This document shows positions 52,310-63,126 of a stretch of 64,000 nt of DNA, piece by piece; within the stretch, counting starts at the first letter, position 1; every line of letters begins with the position of its first letter. The stretch comes from Sulfolobales archaeon HS-7 (GTDB lineage: Archaea; Thermoproteota; Thermoprotei_A; Sulfolobales; Sulfolobaceae). Under the pieces are notes generated by a model that saw only the letters and a program-made list of their open reading frames with translations, was not told the DNA's origin and made no database searches. A program made the translations under genes and the position numbers. The DNA is taken from contig AP024596.1 in assembly GCA_019704295.1 (NCBI GenBank), forward strand, positions 1,024,001-1,088,000, in the 5' to 3' direction.

Positions 52310-53299
52310 ATGAAGGTTCTGCTTTTTGAGAAATCCGGAATAGAGAACCTCAAGTATACTGATGTAAAGGATGAAGAACCTGAGACTCATCAAGTCAAAA
52401 TTAGGGTTCTCTCTGCAGGTGTTAATCCCATAGACTACTTCGTTGTAAACGGCATACCAGTCAGACCTCTCCCTCATATTCCTGGGGCAGAAATTTACGG
52501 AGAAGTTGAAAAAACAGGGGATAGCGTAAGGAACTTCAGTAGGGGGGATAAAGTTGTAGTTTACAACAGAGTGTTTGACGGAAGTTGCGATATGTGCCTA
52601 CAATCCAGTGAGAACTTATGTAGAAATGGCGGGATAATTAGCGTGATAACTAACGGAGGCTATTCTGAATTCTTTATAGTAGATGAGAAAAACCTAATTA
52701 AAGTTTCTGGAATATCGGAAGAAATTGCTGCTAGTCTGCCAGTGGCTGCGCTCACCGCTTATCATGGTTTGCGGACAGCAGGATTAAGAGCAGGAGAAAC
52801 TCTTGTAGTATTTGGTGCCTCAGGAAACACGGGACAGTTCGCTGTTCAGCTGGGGAAGATAATGGGAGCTCAGGTAATAGCAGTCTCTAAAAAGGGTTGG
52901 GTAAAGGAGTTAGGCGCTGACCTTGTTACCGACTTAAGCAATGTAAAGGATGTCGTCTCTAAGGTAACTGAGGGGAAGATGGCCGATGTGGTAGTCGATC
53001 CCCTGGGGGAGAAAACGTGGTTAAACAGTCTTGAGGTAGTAGGAGTTAAGGGAAGATGGGTGACTTTCGGTACATTAACTGGAAGTAATGTATCGGTTCA
53101 GTTAAATACGATTTACAGTAAGCACATTTCGCTGTTTGGAACAACTGGAGGTAATAGGAAAGAACTACAGGAGCTTACCTCACTTTCCAGGAAAATGAAG
53201 GTAAAAGTAGGAAAGGTCTTCTCGCTTGAGGAAGGAAAAGAGGCATTGAAATACCTAATGGCTGGAGATAGGGACGGAAGAGCAATAATTAAGGTCTAA
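52310..53299 (+). CDS. Zn-binding MDR-family alcohol dehydrogenase/oxidoreductase
   Basis: GVNPID, IPGAE, FDGSCDMC...NLC, ALTAYH, FGASGNTG. Confidence 0.9.
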   Translation: MKVLLFEKSGIENLKYTDVKDEEPETHQVKIRVLSAGVNPIDYFVVNGIPVRPLPHIPGAEIYGEVEKTGDSVRNFSRGDKVVVYNRVFDGSCDMCLQSSENLCRNGGIISVITNGGYSEFFIVDEKNLIKVSGISEEIAASLPVAALTAYHGLRTAGLRAGETLVVFGASGNTGQFAVQLGKIMGAQVIAVSKKGWVKELGADLVTDLSNVKDVVSKVTEGKMADVVVDPLGEKTWLNSLEVVGVKGRWVTFGTLTGSNVSVQLNTIYSKHISLFGTTGGNRKELQELTSLSRKMKVKVGKVFSLEEGKEALKYLMAGDRDGRAIIKV

Positions 53300-54200
53300 G
53301 GTTTCTACTTATTACGCTAGCTACCTCATAAATTAAGTTTGCTGCTAGCATAGCCGTTATTTCCGAGTGATCATATGGCGGACTAACTTCAACTACATCC
53401 ATGCCAACTATGTTAACCTCCAGCGATCTCAATAATTCCATTACTTCGAAACTGGTTAATCCCCCAACTTCAGGTGTTCCAGTGGCGGGGGCAAACGCTG
53501 GATCAACAACGTCTATGTCAAGGGATATGTAAACTGGTCCATTTAATTTCCTTAGTTCCTGGATAATTTTGTTGTAGTTATACTTTACATCTCTTATGTT
53601 GAATACGTGAACTCCCAGTTTCTTGGCATCCGAGAGGTCTTCCTTTGAAAACAGAGAACCTCGAATGCCTATCTGGTAGACATTATTAACCCTGTCCTCT
53701 TCTAAAGCCCTTCTTAACCACGTCCCGTGGGTATATTTCTTGCCTCCGAAATACGTATCCCAGAAATCGTAATGAGAGTCGAAGTGAATTAAATTGGCCT
53801 TTCCCTTTACTTTATGTAATGCCCTTAAAACTGGGAGAGTTATTGAATGATCTCCTCCAGCTATTAACGGTATCTTATTTACAAACTCCTGACTTAAGTG
53901 TTCCTCAATTCTTCTCATCGTATCCTCTATATATCCTGGTACGACATTGACGTCCCCATCATCACACATCATCAATTCATCGAAAGGTTCCGAGTCAACG
54001 AAAGGATTATAAGGTCTGAGTAGACGAGAACCATCCCTTATTGCCATTGGACCAAATCTTGCGCCTGGTCTGTAAACTACTCCATCATCAAACGGAATAC
54101 CTATGAAGGCAGCTTTTTCTTTTCCATTACACGTAGGTAACCTAGCGAAAGTAGATATTTGAGTAAATCTAGGAGATTCAAAAGCGTTTATCTGCCTCAT
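53289..54200 (-). CDS. speB: Agmatinase (ureohydrolase family)
   Basis: GIPFD, RPGARFGP, GGDHSIT, HFDSHYD, SLDIDVVDPAFAPATGTPEVGG, VEVSPPYD. Confidence 0.9.
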   Translation of the reverse strand: MRQINAFESPRFTQISTFARLPTCNGKEKAAFIGIPFDDGVVYRPGARFGPMAIRDGSRLLRPYNPFVDSEPFDELMMCDDGDVNVVPGYIEDTMRRIEEHLSQEFVNKIPLIAGGDHSITLPVLRALHKVKGKANLIHFDSHYDFWDTYFGGKKYTHGTWLRRALEEDRVNNVYQIGIRGSLFSKEDLSDAKKLGVHVFNIRDVKYNYNKIIQELRKLNGPVYISLDIDVVDPAFAPATGTPEVGGLTSFEVMELLRSLEVNIVGMDVVEVSPPYDHSEITAMLAANLIYEVASVISRNLRP

Positions 54201-54785
54201 GACAGTACTTTCGCGATTATCATTAAATTTTCTCCTATTACTTCATCACTCTTAAAGTAAGTCGAGGAGATAAAAGATCCTAGGACTTACAGGAGTTCTT
54301 AATGAATTTAGTTCATTTGGAAAAATAGAGCAAATTAACTTGAACGTTTCTCATTAACCGGAGAGAGACCATAGTTTATAGTTTCCTTATTCAACCTGTC
54401 TCAGCCATAATTACAATAAGGAATTCATACCTAAATGCCCGAATCTTTCCTTAAGAACCTATACCCTGTAAAGAGAAAACATCAATACGCCTTTTGGTTT
54501 CGAGGAGATCCCACAATATTTACAAGAGAGAGTTAAAGGTTCTCAATCACGATAAGCTCAATCTAATACCTGTTAACCCTGATTACTTAACATTTAGGAA
54601 AAGCTGCCTCAGTAATGGATACTCATGCCAATAATGGCCCGACCTAACCTTCGGTATGAGGCGGATTGGGATAGACACCTATTTGAAAAGCAAAACTGGA
54701 AGTATGTAGATGTCCTGGTTCAGAAATGCGACCTATAGATTCTAACGAAAATTCTAGAGTAAATAATGGTTGAAAGTAGAATTAT

Positions 54786-55688
54786 TTACGTTTTACTTAA
54801 TTTCTTTATCTCCCTATACGAACTTATCAGCGAAGTCACTCCTATTACGCCTACTATTGTTACAACAAGTATAAATCCTACGTTGATCGCGTCTAGGTTG
54901 GGTATTGGGTTTCCCGTAGGCAGTGCTATGTTATCGATGGGCGGTATAAGGATTATAAGTAGTCCTGCAAGTAAGAATACGATCCCCCCATAGTATAAAG
55001 TCCGTCCAGCAGTTCTAGACGCAACTTTTGCTATTTGCTCTTCCGTTATCTTCTTTATCTTCATAATGCTAGCAAATATCGCACCGAAAATAACTTGCAT
55101 TGACATAGTTCCTAATCCGAACATTAAGCCTGGAATTGGAGCGTAAACTATTGATGGCATTCTCGGAGCCAACACAAAGGTAATTATAGTGGCATAGGCA
55201 CCAAAACCGAAACCGGCTATTAACCCATGAATTATCGTCATTTTAAGCGGTATTTTACCCTCAATCTCCTCATTAAGGGGAATTCTGATGGCCTTTTCCG
55301 TGTGATGACTTTTCCCCCCTATAGCTAAATCAATAGGAATATGGATGTACTTTCCTTTAAGCACGTAAGACCCTGCTATTGCCATAACTAATCCTACTAT
55401 TACATAAACCGGTCCATCAAGATTGTACTTCTGATATATATACGCAAGACCGATAAACCCGAGTGTTGTAAGTAGCATCCTCTGAACAGTGAATCCAAGA
55501 GAGAAAAGAAATCCAGCCTTCATTCCCCTCCGGGTGCTGTACTCCCCTATCGCATAGCTGAAAGTTATTGGCCATGTATGTTCGTCAGGTGTGGCTCCGT
55601 GTAATAGACCGAGAATATAGCTGATCAGTATTACTTCGCCTACGGTCAAAGTTGAAGGGGGATTTAGTATATCAGACAGGCTAATCAT
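54786..55688 (-). CDS. Ni/Co transporter-like membrane protein (NiCoT/UreH-related)
   Basis: GLLHGATPDEH (HxxxxDH-like), His-containing loop KSHH, IHGLIAGFG, FGLGT. Confidence 0.65.
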   Translation of the reverse strand: MISLSDILNPPSTLTVGEVILISYILGLLHGATPDEHTWPITFSYAIGEYSTRRGMKAGFLFSLGFTVQRMLLTTLGFIGLAYIYQKYNLDGPVYVIVGLVMAIAGSYVLKGKYIHIPIDLAIGGKSHHTEKAIRIPLNEEIEGKIPLKMTIIHGLIAGFGFGAYATIITFVLAPRMPSIVYAPIPGLMFGLGTMSMQVIFGAIFASIMKIKKITEEQIAKVASRTAGRTLYYGGIVFLLAGLLIILIPPIDNIALPTGNPIPNLDAINVGFILVVTIVGVIGVTSLISSYREIKKLSKT

Positions 55689-55763
55689 ATGTATTAGGGT
55701 AACCCTAACACTATATAAGCTCATCGTTATAAAATGTTTACACTTTAACATATAAATGGTCGT

Positions 55764-56633
<870 letters not shown>

Positions 56634-56741
56634 TTAGTGCAATTCTTGCTTTAATATTTCTCGAGTCTAGGACAAAATAGTTTAATGGGTTTCTAAATTT
56701 ACATACGATTTCAGGATTTTTAATCTAACACTTTAGACTAC

Positions 56742-57265
56742 ATTAGGTCATGAATCGCGACCTTTGCTAAGACCGTCAAGTGGACCCTCTCTTCCCTGAC
56801 CTTGTTTATGATCCACCCTGTCCTTCTTGGAGGAGATCAGACACTCCGCCTTCTTACGCTCGACTCCTCCACTCCAGTGTTCATGAGCCTCAATATCGTC
56901 TTCACCCTTTCCCTCCTTTGATCGTGGTGTTAGACTTAGGTATCTAGTAGACCTCGGATCAGGGAAGTCATCAAGTGTAGACTAGTACTTGTCAGCCCTC
57001 AAGGAGTCCACTTGCACGCCAAGATCCCTTAGGACCTCTAGGGCCATCCTTTAAGCTTCTTGCCCTTAAGCGAGTAACTAAGCGATCAAGTTACTGCCTA
57101 GGTAATGAAGAGTACACGAAGTCCTTTCCTTCCTTTATCTCTTCCCCGGACTTCTCCACTCATGTAATACTCACTAAGGGAATAGCCTGTCCATGACCGC
57201 ATCAATCCTAAGGCCATTAACGCTCTTTGAGAGCAGGTTATAGAGGATGACGTTGTGACAGTGTG
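56742..57265 (-). pseudogene. Degraded DDE transposase remnant (IS5/ISNCY-like)
   Basis: Frameshifted fragments HNVILYNLL, KGKDFVYS, ALEVLRDLGVQVDSLRADKY, IPKSNTTIKG, IINKVREERVH...AIHDL. Confidence 0.6.
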
Positions 57266-57639
57266 CTATGTGTAATTAAAGTTAATAACTAAATAAAGTA
57301 AAAAGTTATGAAAAACGTCTTTTCAAAATTAAGTTCGCTTAATTATTAGAGAGAATAATATAAAATCACTTTATTAAGTGCACTCGCAACTAATCTCGAA
57401 ACTTTCAAGAATTGCTCGATTCAGGTTTCCATTACGAATTGCAATTATGGAAAATAGGGATTAAATAAAGGAAATTATTAAGTACTAATCTCTATCCAGT
57501 CTAAACAATTGCATTCAATTAAATCCATTCTACTTTTCTAAATAAATCGAATTCGCAACGAACGCGTTAACGGTCCCGAGAATCAAGGCTAGAGACGAGT
57601 TTCTCTAGCGAGGTTTTAAGTGGAGATCTCAGCGTTTAG

Positions 57640-58620
57640 TAATGGATCTAAACCACTAAATATTGTAAGCCAGGCCTGAGAGGTTGGCAAAGACGTTCAA
57701 TCCCCTTATGCTCCTCGCGTAAGGCCTCATGTTCTGAGGAAAGTGTCAAAGAACTTTACGCCTCCTCTCAGTATTCCCAAGCCCCTCTTGACTCTGTTCA
57801 CCTTGCCTTTCTCGGCAAACCCCCTGTCCACAAGCGTGATCACGTTGCAGATAGGAGACTTAAAGTCGGAAAAGTTTGCCGGAACTATCTTAACCTTGCA
57901 AACCATGAGGGTCTTAAGGAGATCTCGGCGAAGCACTTCCCTCCGAACCAGGTTCTGTCCCACTTCTTTCCCCAGCTTCCCTCATGTTCCCTAAGGGTGT
58001 AGTTTCTAGGGAAATGGGAGAAGAGTTTCTCCCTTTTTTTCTCATCAAGAGATGCTAGCACTTTATGGGGTTTCCTCTTTGGATCAATTTCCCTGAGATC
58101 CAGTACAAGCTTCTCAATGTATATCTCAACGCTCTTCTCTCCGGGAGGAGGCTTTACAGGAAAGCTGTCCATCAACATTTGCCTTCCAAATTTCTCCTTT
58201 GCTAGGAAGTGGTGGAAGTTGCTCCTCGTTAACGCGCGACTCCAATCTCGTTAAGACCTTGAGTGGCGGATCCCTTATTCTATCATCTTACTTATATGCA
58301 AATCAGTGCAATGAAGACCTTGAGGGTACCTCTTTAACGCCACGGAAAACCTTGACCACTTTATTGGTAACCGTAAGTTCACTTCTCTATACGACTTATG
58401 GAAAGCGCCCTCACAATCAGCATCTTCAAGTAGACTACGTTCGTACTTGAAGGACTTGCGGTCCTTGAACTCTCTTTCAATTACGTCCTCCAACTCACTC
58501 AGGACTTCCTCGTACTCCAAAAGATATTTACTCTTCCAACCCAACTCTTGGGGGATTACGTCTTGGTAAATCATCACTATGGTATAACCTAAGCGTAATC
58601 CCCCTTAAGTATTATCCCGT
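57640..58620 (-). mobile_element. Degraded IS5-like transposase (ISC-type), multiple frameshifts
   Basis: Consecutive fragments YQDVIPQELGWKSKYLLEYE, LMDSFPV, VKIVPANFSD, LVDRGF (DDE-type D motifs). Confidence 0.7.
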
Positions 58621-58856
58621 TAGTTGAGTTCTTGATATTTATTTTCTCGCAAAAATTTACCAATAAACTAGATTACATTTATTCGAGATTGGACATTGTC
58701 ACGAGTTAGTACTACTCTTACCAATTACATAGTTCTAGCTATTATTTTCATAATATTCGGGGAGGTTTTACTAGTTAAAATAGGTAAAATCTAAAAAAGA
58801 AGAAATTAAAAGAGAAAATTAAATAAAGGATTTATTCCAAGTATATTCAAATTGGT

Positions 58857-59609
58857 CTAGGATAATATATCAAGCCCTACTTTATCGAGGTTTTTAAGCC
58901 AGTTAAGGAATTTTTTAGCGTTGTCTCCTATAAATATTGAGCCGTGTTGGGGAGTAACAATATTAATTTCCAAGCCTTCTATTTTCTTAGACCAAAGTTC
59001 TATAGCTCTTCTCGAAGCTATATACCTCCTGTGAAACCATTCCATAGTTTTGACATGCTCATCAAAATTATCTACTATTAAATACCACTTATCTTTAAAG
59101 ACAGCTGCACCCATGTCTCCAGAGAAGTAAATTTTTGCTATCGGGTCGTAATAGTGGAAGTTACCTGGAGAGTGCATAAAGTGAGCTGGTATGGCTTTGA
59201 CCATAAACGTACCGAAGTTAATGTCCATACCTTCATCAGGTAGATCTATTATCCTATCCCGTAGGTCAACTCCCAAGTGGGGGATGAACCTCTCCCATAA
59301 ATATGACACATAGATTTTAGCGTTGGGCGCCATGTCGAGCCATAACGTTAGTCCGCCTATAACGTCAGGGTCTTGATGGGTATATAATATTGCCTTAATG
59401 TTTTCTGGCTTAACGAACCTAGTAGCGTTTTCGAAGACCCTTTCGAAGACGAAATAACCGCCAGGGTCGATCAGTATCCCCTGTTCGCCATGCATGACGA
59501 GGTACTGGTTAGTTAATATACCTTTTTCGGCTTCGCTTTCGTCCAGTCCTAGCCAAACAAATTTGTGATCATTTGAGTCGTATAATATGTAAGGCTCATG
59601 AACTTTCAT
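58857..59609 (-). CDS. Oxygen-binding di-iron protein (ODP), MBL fold
   Basis: TNQYL, LIDPGG, THQDPDV, AHFMHSPGN, FSGDMG, FHRRY, PQHG. No flavodoxin domain. Confidence 0.8.
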   Translation of the reverse strand: MKVHEPYILYDSNDHKFVWLGLDESEAEKGILTNQYLVMHGEQGILIDPGGYFVFERVFENATRFVKPENIKAILYTHQDPDVIGGLTLWLDMAPNAKIYVSYLWERFIPHLGVDLRDRIIDLPDEGMDINFGTFMVKAIPAHFMHSPGNFHYYDPIAKIYFSGDMGAAVFKDKWYLIVDNFDEHVKTMEWFHRRYIASRRAIELWSKKIEGLEINIVTPQHGSIFIGDNAKKFLNWLKNLDKVGLDILS

Positions 59610-60399
59610 CTTTGATAACACCCGGGATCTCTGGGACAAGTAATACGTATACGTTAACTTTGAACTCGCCTGAGAGCGAACTTAACGCATTTTCGTCATT
59701 GAAGTACTCTTTTCCATTATCGTTTACATAGACCCCTTTTAGTTCTCCGTTTATGAAGAGTAACCTGAAAGAGGCTGAGGTAGCCGATGCGGACACATAG
59801 ATAGTTCTATACTTTGAAAGAACTTCTCCTATAGAACCTAGAACCGTATCAAGCATTTGTCCCTTAGGTATTGATATTCCTTCGGACTTCACCAGACGGG
59901 ACTTCAGTAGAAGTTTTGAGACGAAACTCAACTTGTTTAGTTGCTTAGAATAATCGAATTCCTTTTCATTAGACTCAGCTTCTATTTCGGAAACTCTCTT
60001 AACTTCTTTATTTATTCCTTCTAGTAGACTCTCTGCTATATCAGGTAAGTATTTCTTCACAATCCACTCTTTTTCTCCGCCATATTCTATGGCCATATGG
60101 ACCAAAATAGTAGAGTTCTTATTATCTCTTACACTGATAAAAATTTGAAACTTATTATTTCTACTTTTTAATGACTTAAGAGTATAGCCGAACATCAATG
60201 ATGACTGTTTAGAAAAAGAGATTTCGAAAGTGTCTTTAAAACTTAATACCAAAAATCTTGAGAACTGTAAGGTAAGAGTATTCCTTCCTTTTTCTACTTG
60301 GTATGGAAAGTAAGAGAGTAATGTATCAGCATCTTTTACCACTGAAATTACGGTATTTGAATTAGCGTCTACAGCCTTTTCAGCCAGATAAGTTACCAT
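59596..60399 (-). CDS. Hypothetical protein: START/SRPBCC-like N-domain plus small alpha/beta C-domain
   Basis: Helix-grip-like order of strands and terminal helix in aa 1-135; C-domain IYVSA...FRLLFINGELKGVYV. Overlaps the ODP start. Confidence 0.55.
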   Translation of the reverse strand: MVTYLAEKAVDANSNTVISVVKDADTLLSYFPYQVEKGRNTLTLQFSRFLVLSFKDTFEISFSKQSSLMFGYTLKSLKSRNNKFQIFISVRDNKNSTILVHMAIEYGGEKEWIVKKYLPDIAESLLEGINKEVKRVSEIEAESNEKEFDYSKQLNKLSFVSKLLLKSRLVKSEGISIPKGQMLDTVLGSIGEVLSKYRTIYVSASATSASFRLLFINGELKGVYVNDNGKEYFNDENALSSLSGEFKVNVYVLLVPEIPGVIKDESS

Positions 60400-60718
60400 A
60401 TATGTATATATTTGGAGGAAGAGGTTAAAAAGATTATCGTACAGTAAAGATAATAATTGAAACCTTTAACAGTGTTAAACGACTTGATTTTATTTAATGA
60501 TTGTCTCTACTCCTGAACAACTTGAACAAGTCCTGGCACCAGATATCGTCATTAATACAGTTGTGTTTCGCCAATTTTACTAAAAATGAGATAATTCCTA
60601 AACATGGGAAAATTCCGCTTAAGAGTAGAAATTAACTAAATTTCTGCTAAGGTGGAGAAAGAATCGATATTTATCTCAGAAAGAGGTGTGTAACCTAGCT
60701 TTTACACGTACAGTAATA

Positions 60719-61670
60719 CCTTGTGTTTAGTATTATCAAGTGGGGAGAAATGAGGACGTTAAAGTTTAAGCGAGGGACTTTCCAAATTTTGGTATGAAGG
60801 AAATCAAGGCGAGGAACAAGTCTCTCGCTAATAGTAGAGGAAGCGTTTAAGAAGATTTCCTCTAATCCCCGGGACGTTATCAAGAGGAGCAAATCTCTCC
60901 TCTTGGGGAATAGAGGAAAGGACTACATTTCTCTTGTAAGACAAGGGAAAAAGCTAGGAGAACTCTTGAGTAAAACCTTAGAGTTCTAGGAGCTGTGTAC
61001 AATTTCACGAGCGAGAAGATTGTGCTCGGTTTCGACGAGACCTTCTTGAGGGTGGCAGAGAAGGAAGCAGAGAGAGAGGGGGACGAACTGTTCTCGGGAA
61101 AGGCCAAGGTTAGATCCGCAGTTCTCTTGTCTCCCGTGAGATGTAACGTGGTTACCCAATTCGCAGTTCCGGGGGGATCAAAAGCCCTCCGAGTTTCTTC
61201 GAGAGTTCGTCAATAAGGCTTTACAGCACGTCAGCTTGGCTTACGTCGTTGCTAACGCTGGATTCCTCAACCTCGAGATCCTCAAGGAGTTACCCGCTAA
61301 AACTGTGATCAGAGGGAAAACTAACTTGAAGGGAGTCAAGGAACTCTTTGCCTAGCCCCTTACCGTGAGGTACCACGCAGTTAAGGACAGAACTTACGTT
61401 GCCTATAGAAGGCTAGATTACAAGGAACTCTACTATTACGACGTGATTTACGTGAAACACAAGGGGACACCAATGCACTCCTTTTTCGTGTCCAACATTG
61501 AGGAAGATCCTTACAGCCTGGCCGAGACCTACAGGTCGAGGTGGCAAATAGAGGAAGGGTTCAAGACGAGGAAGGCTAGAATAGAACTCATAAGGGGGTT
61601 ATGTAACAAGCTCTTCCTGATCTACGCCCTTCTCGACACTTCCTGGAACTTGTACCTCTTCCTCTCGTTT
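60719..61670 (+). mobile_element. ISH3-type IS remnant, 5' part (transposase pseudogene)
   Basis: Fragments IVLGFDETF, YVVANAGFLN, VIRGK, LAETYRSRWQIEEGFK (YREK-like), ending WNLYLFLSF at the insertion point. Confidence 0.8.
61662..61670 (+). repeat. 9-bp direct repeat CTCTCGTTT, left junction of the IS110 insertion
   Basis: Identical to 63127-63135. Removing the intervening DNA restores the ISH3 frame ...YLF-LSF-DQFVNLL*. Confidence 0.85.
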
Positions 61671-61706
61671 AACTTCAAGGCGCTACATGCTTCGCCTCTA
61701 ACACAG

Positions 61707-62827
61707 CTATGGGAACAGCGTGTTCAAAACACTACTTACGTCAACGTCGTAGTCCTTGACGTTCTTAGCCTTGGCCAACTTCGACCTCTTTGTAACTAAA
61801 CCCTTGTACACACCATCCACTAGAACGTGGTAGCTGATGCTGGCGAGCTTCCCCGCGAGCGCACAAGTTGCCTCAATGCTACTTTTACCCTTGGCGATGA
61901 GCCTCTCGTAGAAATCCGCAAAGGGTCCACGCCTTGCTATCATAGCGCACAAGTAAAGTGTCCTTCGCAAGTACTTGTTACCCTCTATCATGCCCACGTG
62001 GGACTCGCTATTTCCACTCTGCTTGGTCCTGGGGACGAAGCCCGTATAAGCTCTCGCAGCCTTAGAGCTTGGAAAGCGAGAGACGTCGCCGAACTCGGCG
62101 TAGATCACCGCAGCGGTCCAACTCCGGGGATCTAGGAGAGCTCTACAACTTCTTGTGGGATTTTCGAAGGTTAGCTTTCTCGACGTCCTTTATCATGTCC
62201 TCCAGTTGCTTTAACAACTCTACAAGCTGTGCAAGCATTAACCGCTCGGCTCGGTTCAGTGTTCTTCCCAATTTCTCGCCTAACTCCCTCTTGTCCTCCT
62301 GCTTCAACTCTCCCTTGGACAGCTTCTCAAGCAGCCCCCTCTTGTTGAACGGCTCTAACTTGTACCTAGCGGTTTCTAGAATTTTCCTTATCTCGTCACT
62401 TGCGCCTCTTTCTCCACAAGGCTTGTCCTGTACCTCGTTAGCTCTCTTAGCTCCCTTATCTCCCCATCAGGTATGTATGAACCTTTTACTACTCCCGTCA
62501 TGAAGGCCATTACAAGCCTTTGCGCGTCGAGTTTATCCGTCTTCTTCCCGAGTATTTCGGACAAGTGCAAGGGGTTAACTACAGTTATCTTGAAACCTCT
62601 CTCCGTGAGTTTCTCGTGCAGGTAGTAGAAGGGCCTGTAGCCTCCATTATTCCCTCCTTGTAATTACCGAGGAATTTCACGAGCTCCTCTATCCCCTCGT
62701 TGTCGTACTTGAATTCCCTCACTTCCTTGATTGAATACGGATTTCCCTTGTTCCACTAGAAGCTCTCCCTTTGCTACTGTTAACTCTCGGATATGTCTAT
62801 CGCGAAGGCCTTGGTGACAGCTTCCAT
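61707..62827 (-). pseudogene. IS110 recombinase (DEDD RuvC + Tnp-Ser domain), frameshifted
   Basis: MEAVTKAFAIDIS, GIMEATG, VVNPLH, KKTDKLDAQRL, LRELTRYR, AEFGDVSRF, AYTGFVP...QSG, GNKYLRR, ALAGKL in several frames. Confidence 0.9.
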
Positions 62828-62845
62828 GGTATACCTTACTCACTC

Positions 62846-63020
62846 GTGATATATTACCTTAACTAGCGTAATACCGTCCCTCTCGTTTCTTAGCATTAAC
62901 TAGCGTCAACCCCTAGAGAAACTTGTTACAACCTCGAGGGTTCTATCCCCTCTTGTGTTCTAGAGACATCACAGCCAGCCTTGAAGACGGGGTTTTCCCC
63001 TCCAAACCGCTAGGCTTACC
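62846..63020 (-). ncRNA. Candidate IS110 bridge/seek-type guide RNA
   Basis: Three stem-loops found by eye (62973-63016, 62911-62965, 62859-62909), the last two closed by GTGAT/ATCAC. Loop 62876-62891 carries the insertion-site sequence. Confidence 0.55.
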
Positions 63021-63126
63021 TTGTTTTACCCTTGCTACCTCATATGCTTAACTCACGTAATACTTGTTTTATCTTCATAACTAGTAGTACACGTTTTTCC
63101 CGTGGAAGGCACCGAGAGAGAAGCCT

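Larger units (their letters stand above)
61671..63126 (-). mobile_element. IS110-family element (~1.46 kb) nested in the ISH3 transposase
   Basis: Bounded by 9-bp direct repeats, no TIRs, sub-terminal hairpins at both ends, ~300-nt non-coding region 5' of the recombinase. Confidence 0.85.

Noticed and set aside
54201-54785. 580-bp gap between speB and the metal transporter
   Set aside because: No convincing protein fragments, repeats or structure found
57540-57570. TTCGCAACGAACGC as a terminal inverted repeat of the IS5-like remnant
   Set aside because: Orientation does not fit and no matching partner end was found
61598-61610. TGTAACAAG shared between the ISH3 remnant and the internal loop of the IS110 RNA
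   Set aside because: About 55 bp from the junction, too far to fit a guide-target model; treated as chance
61671-61799. C-terminal extension (NFKALHASPLTQ...) of the 61365-61799 ORF
   Set aside because: Read-through into the inserted IS110; the real ISH3 C-terminus is at 63136-63159
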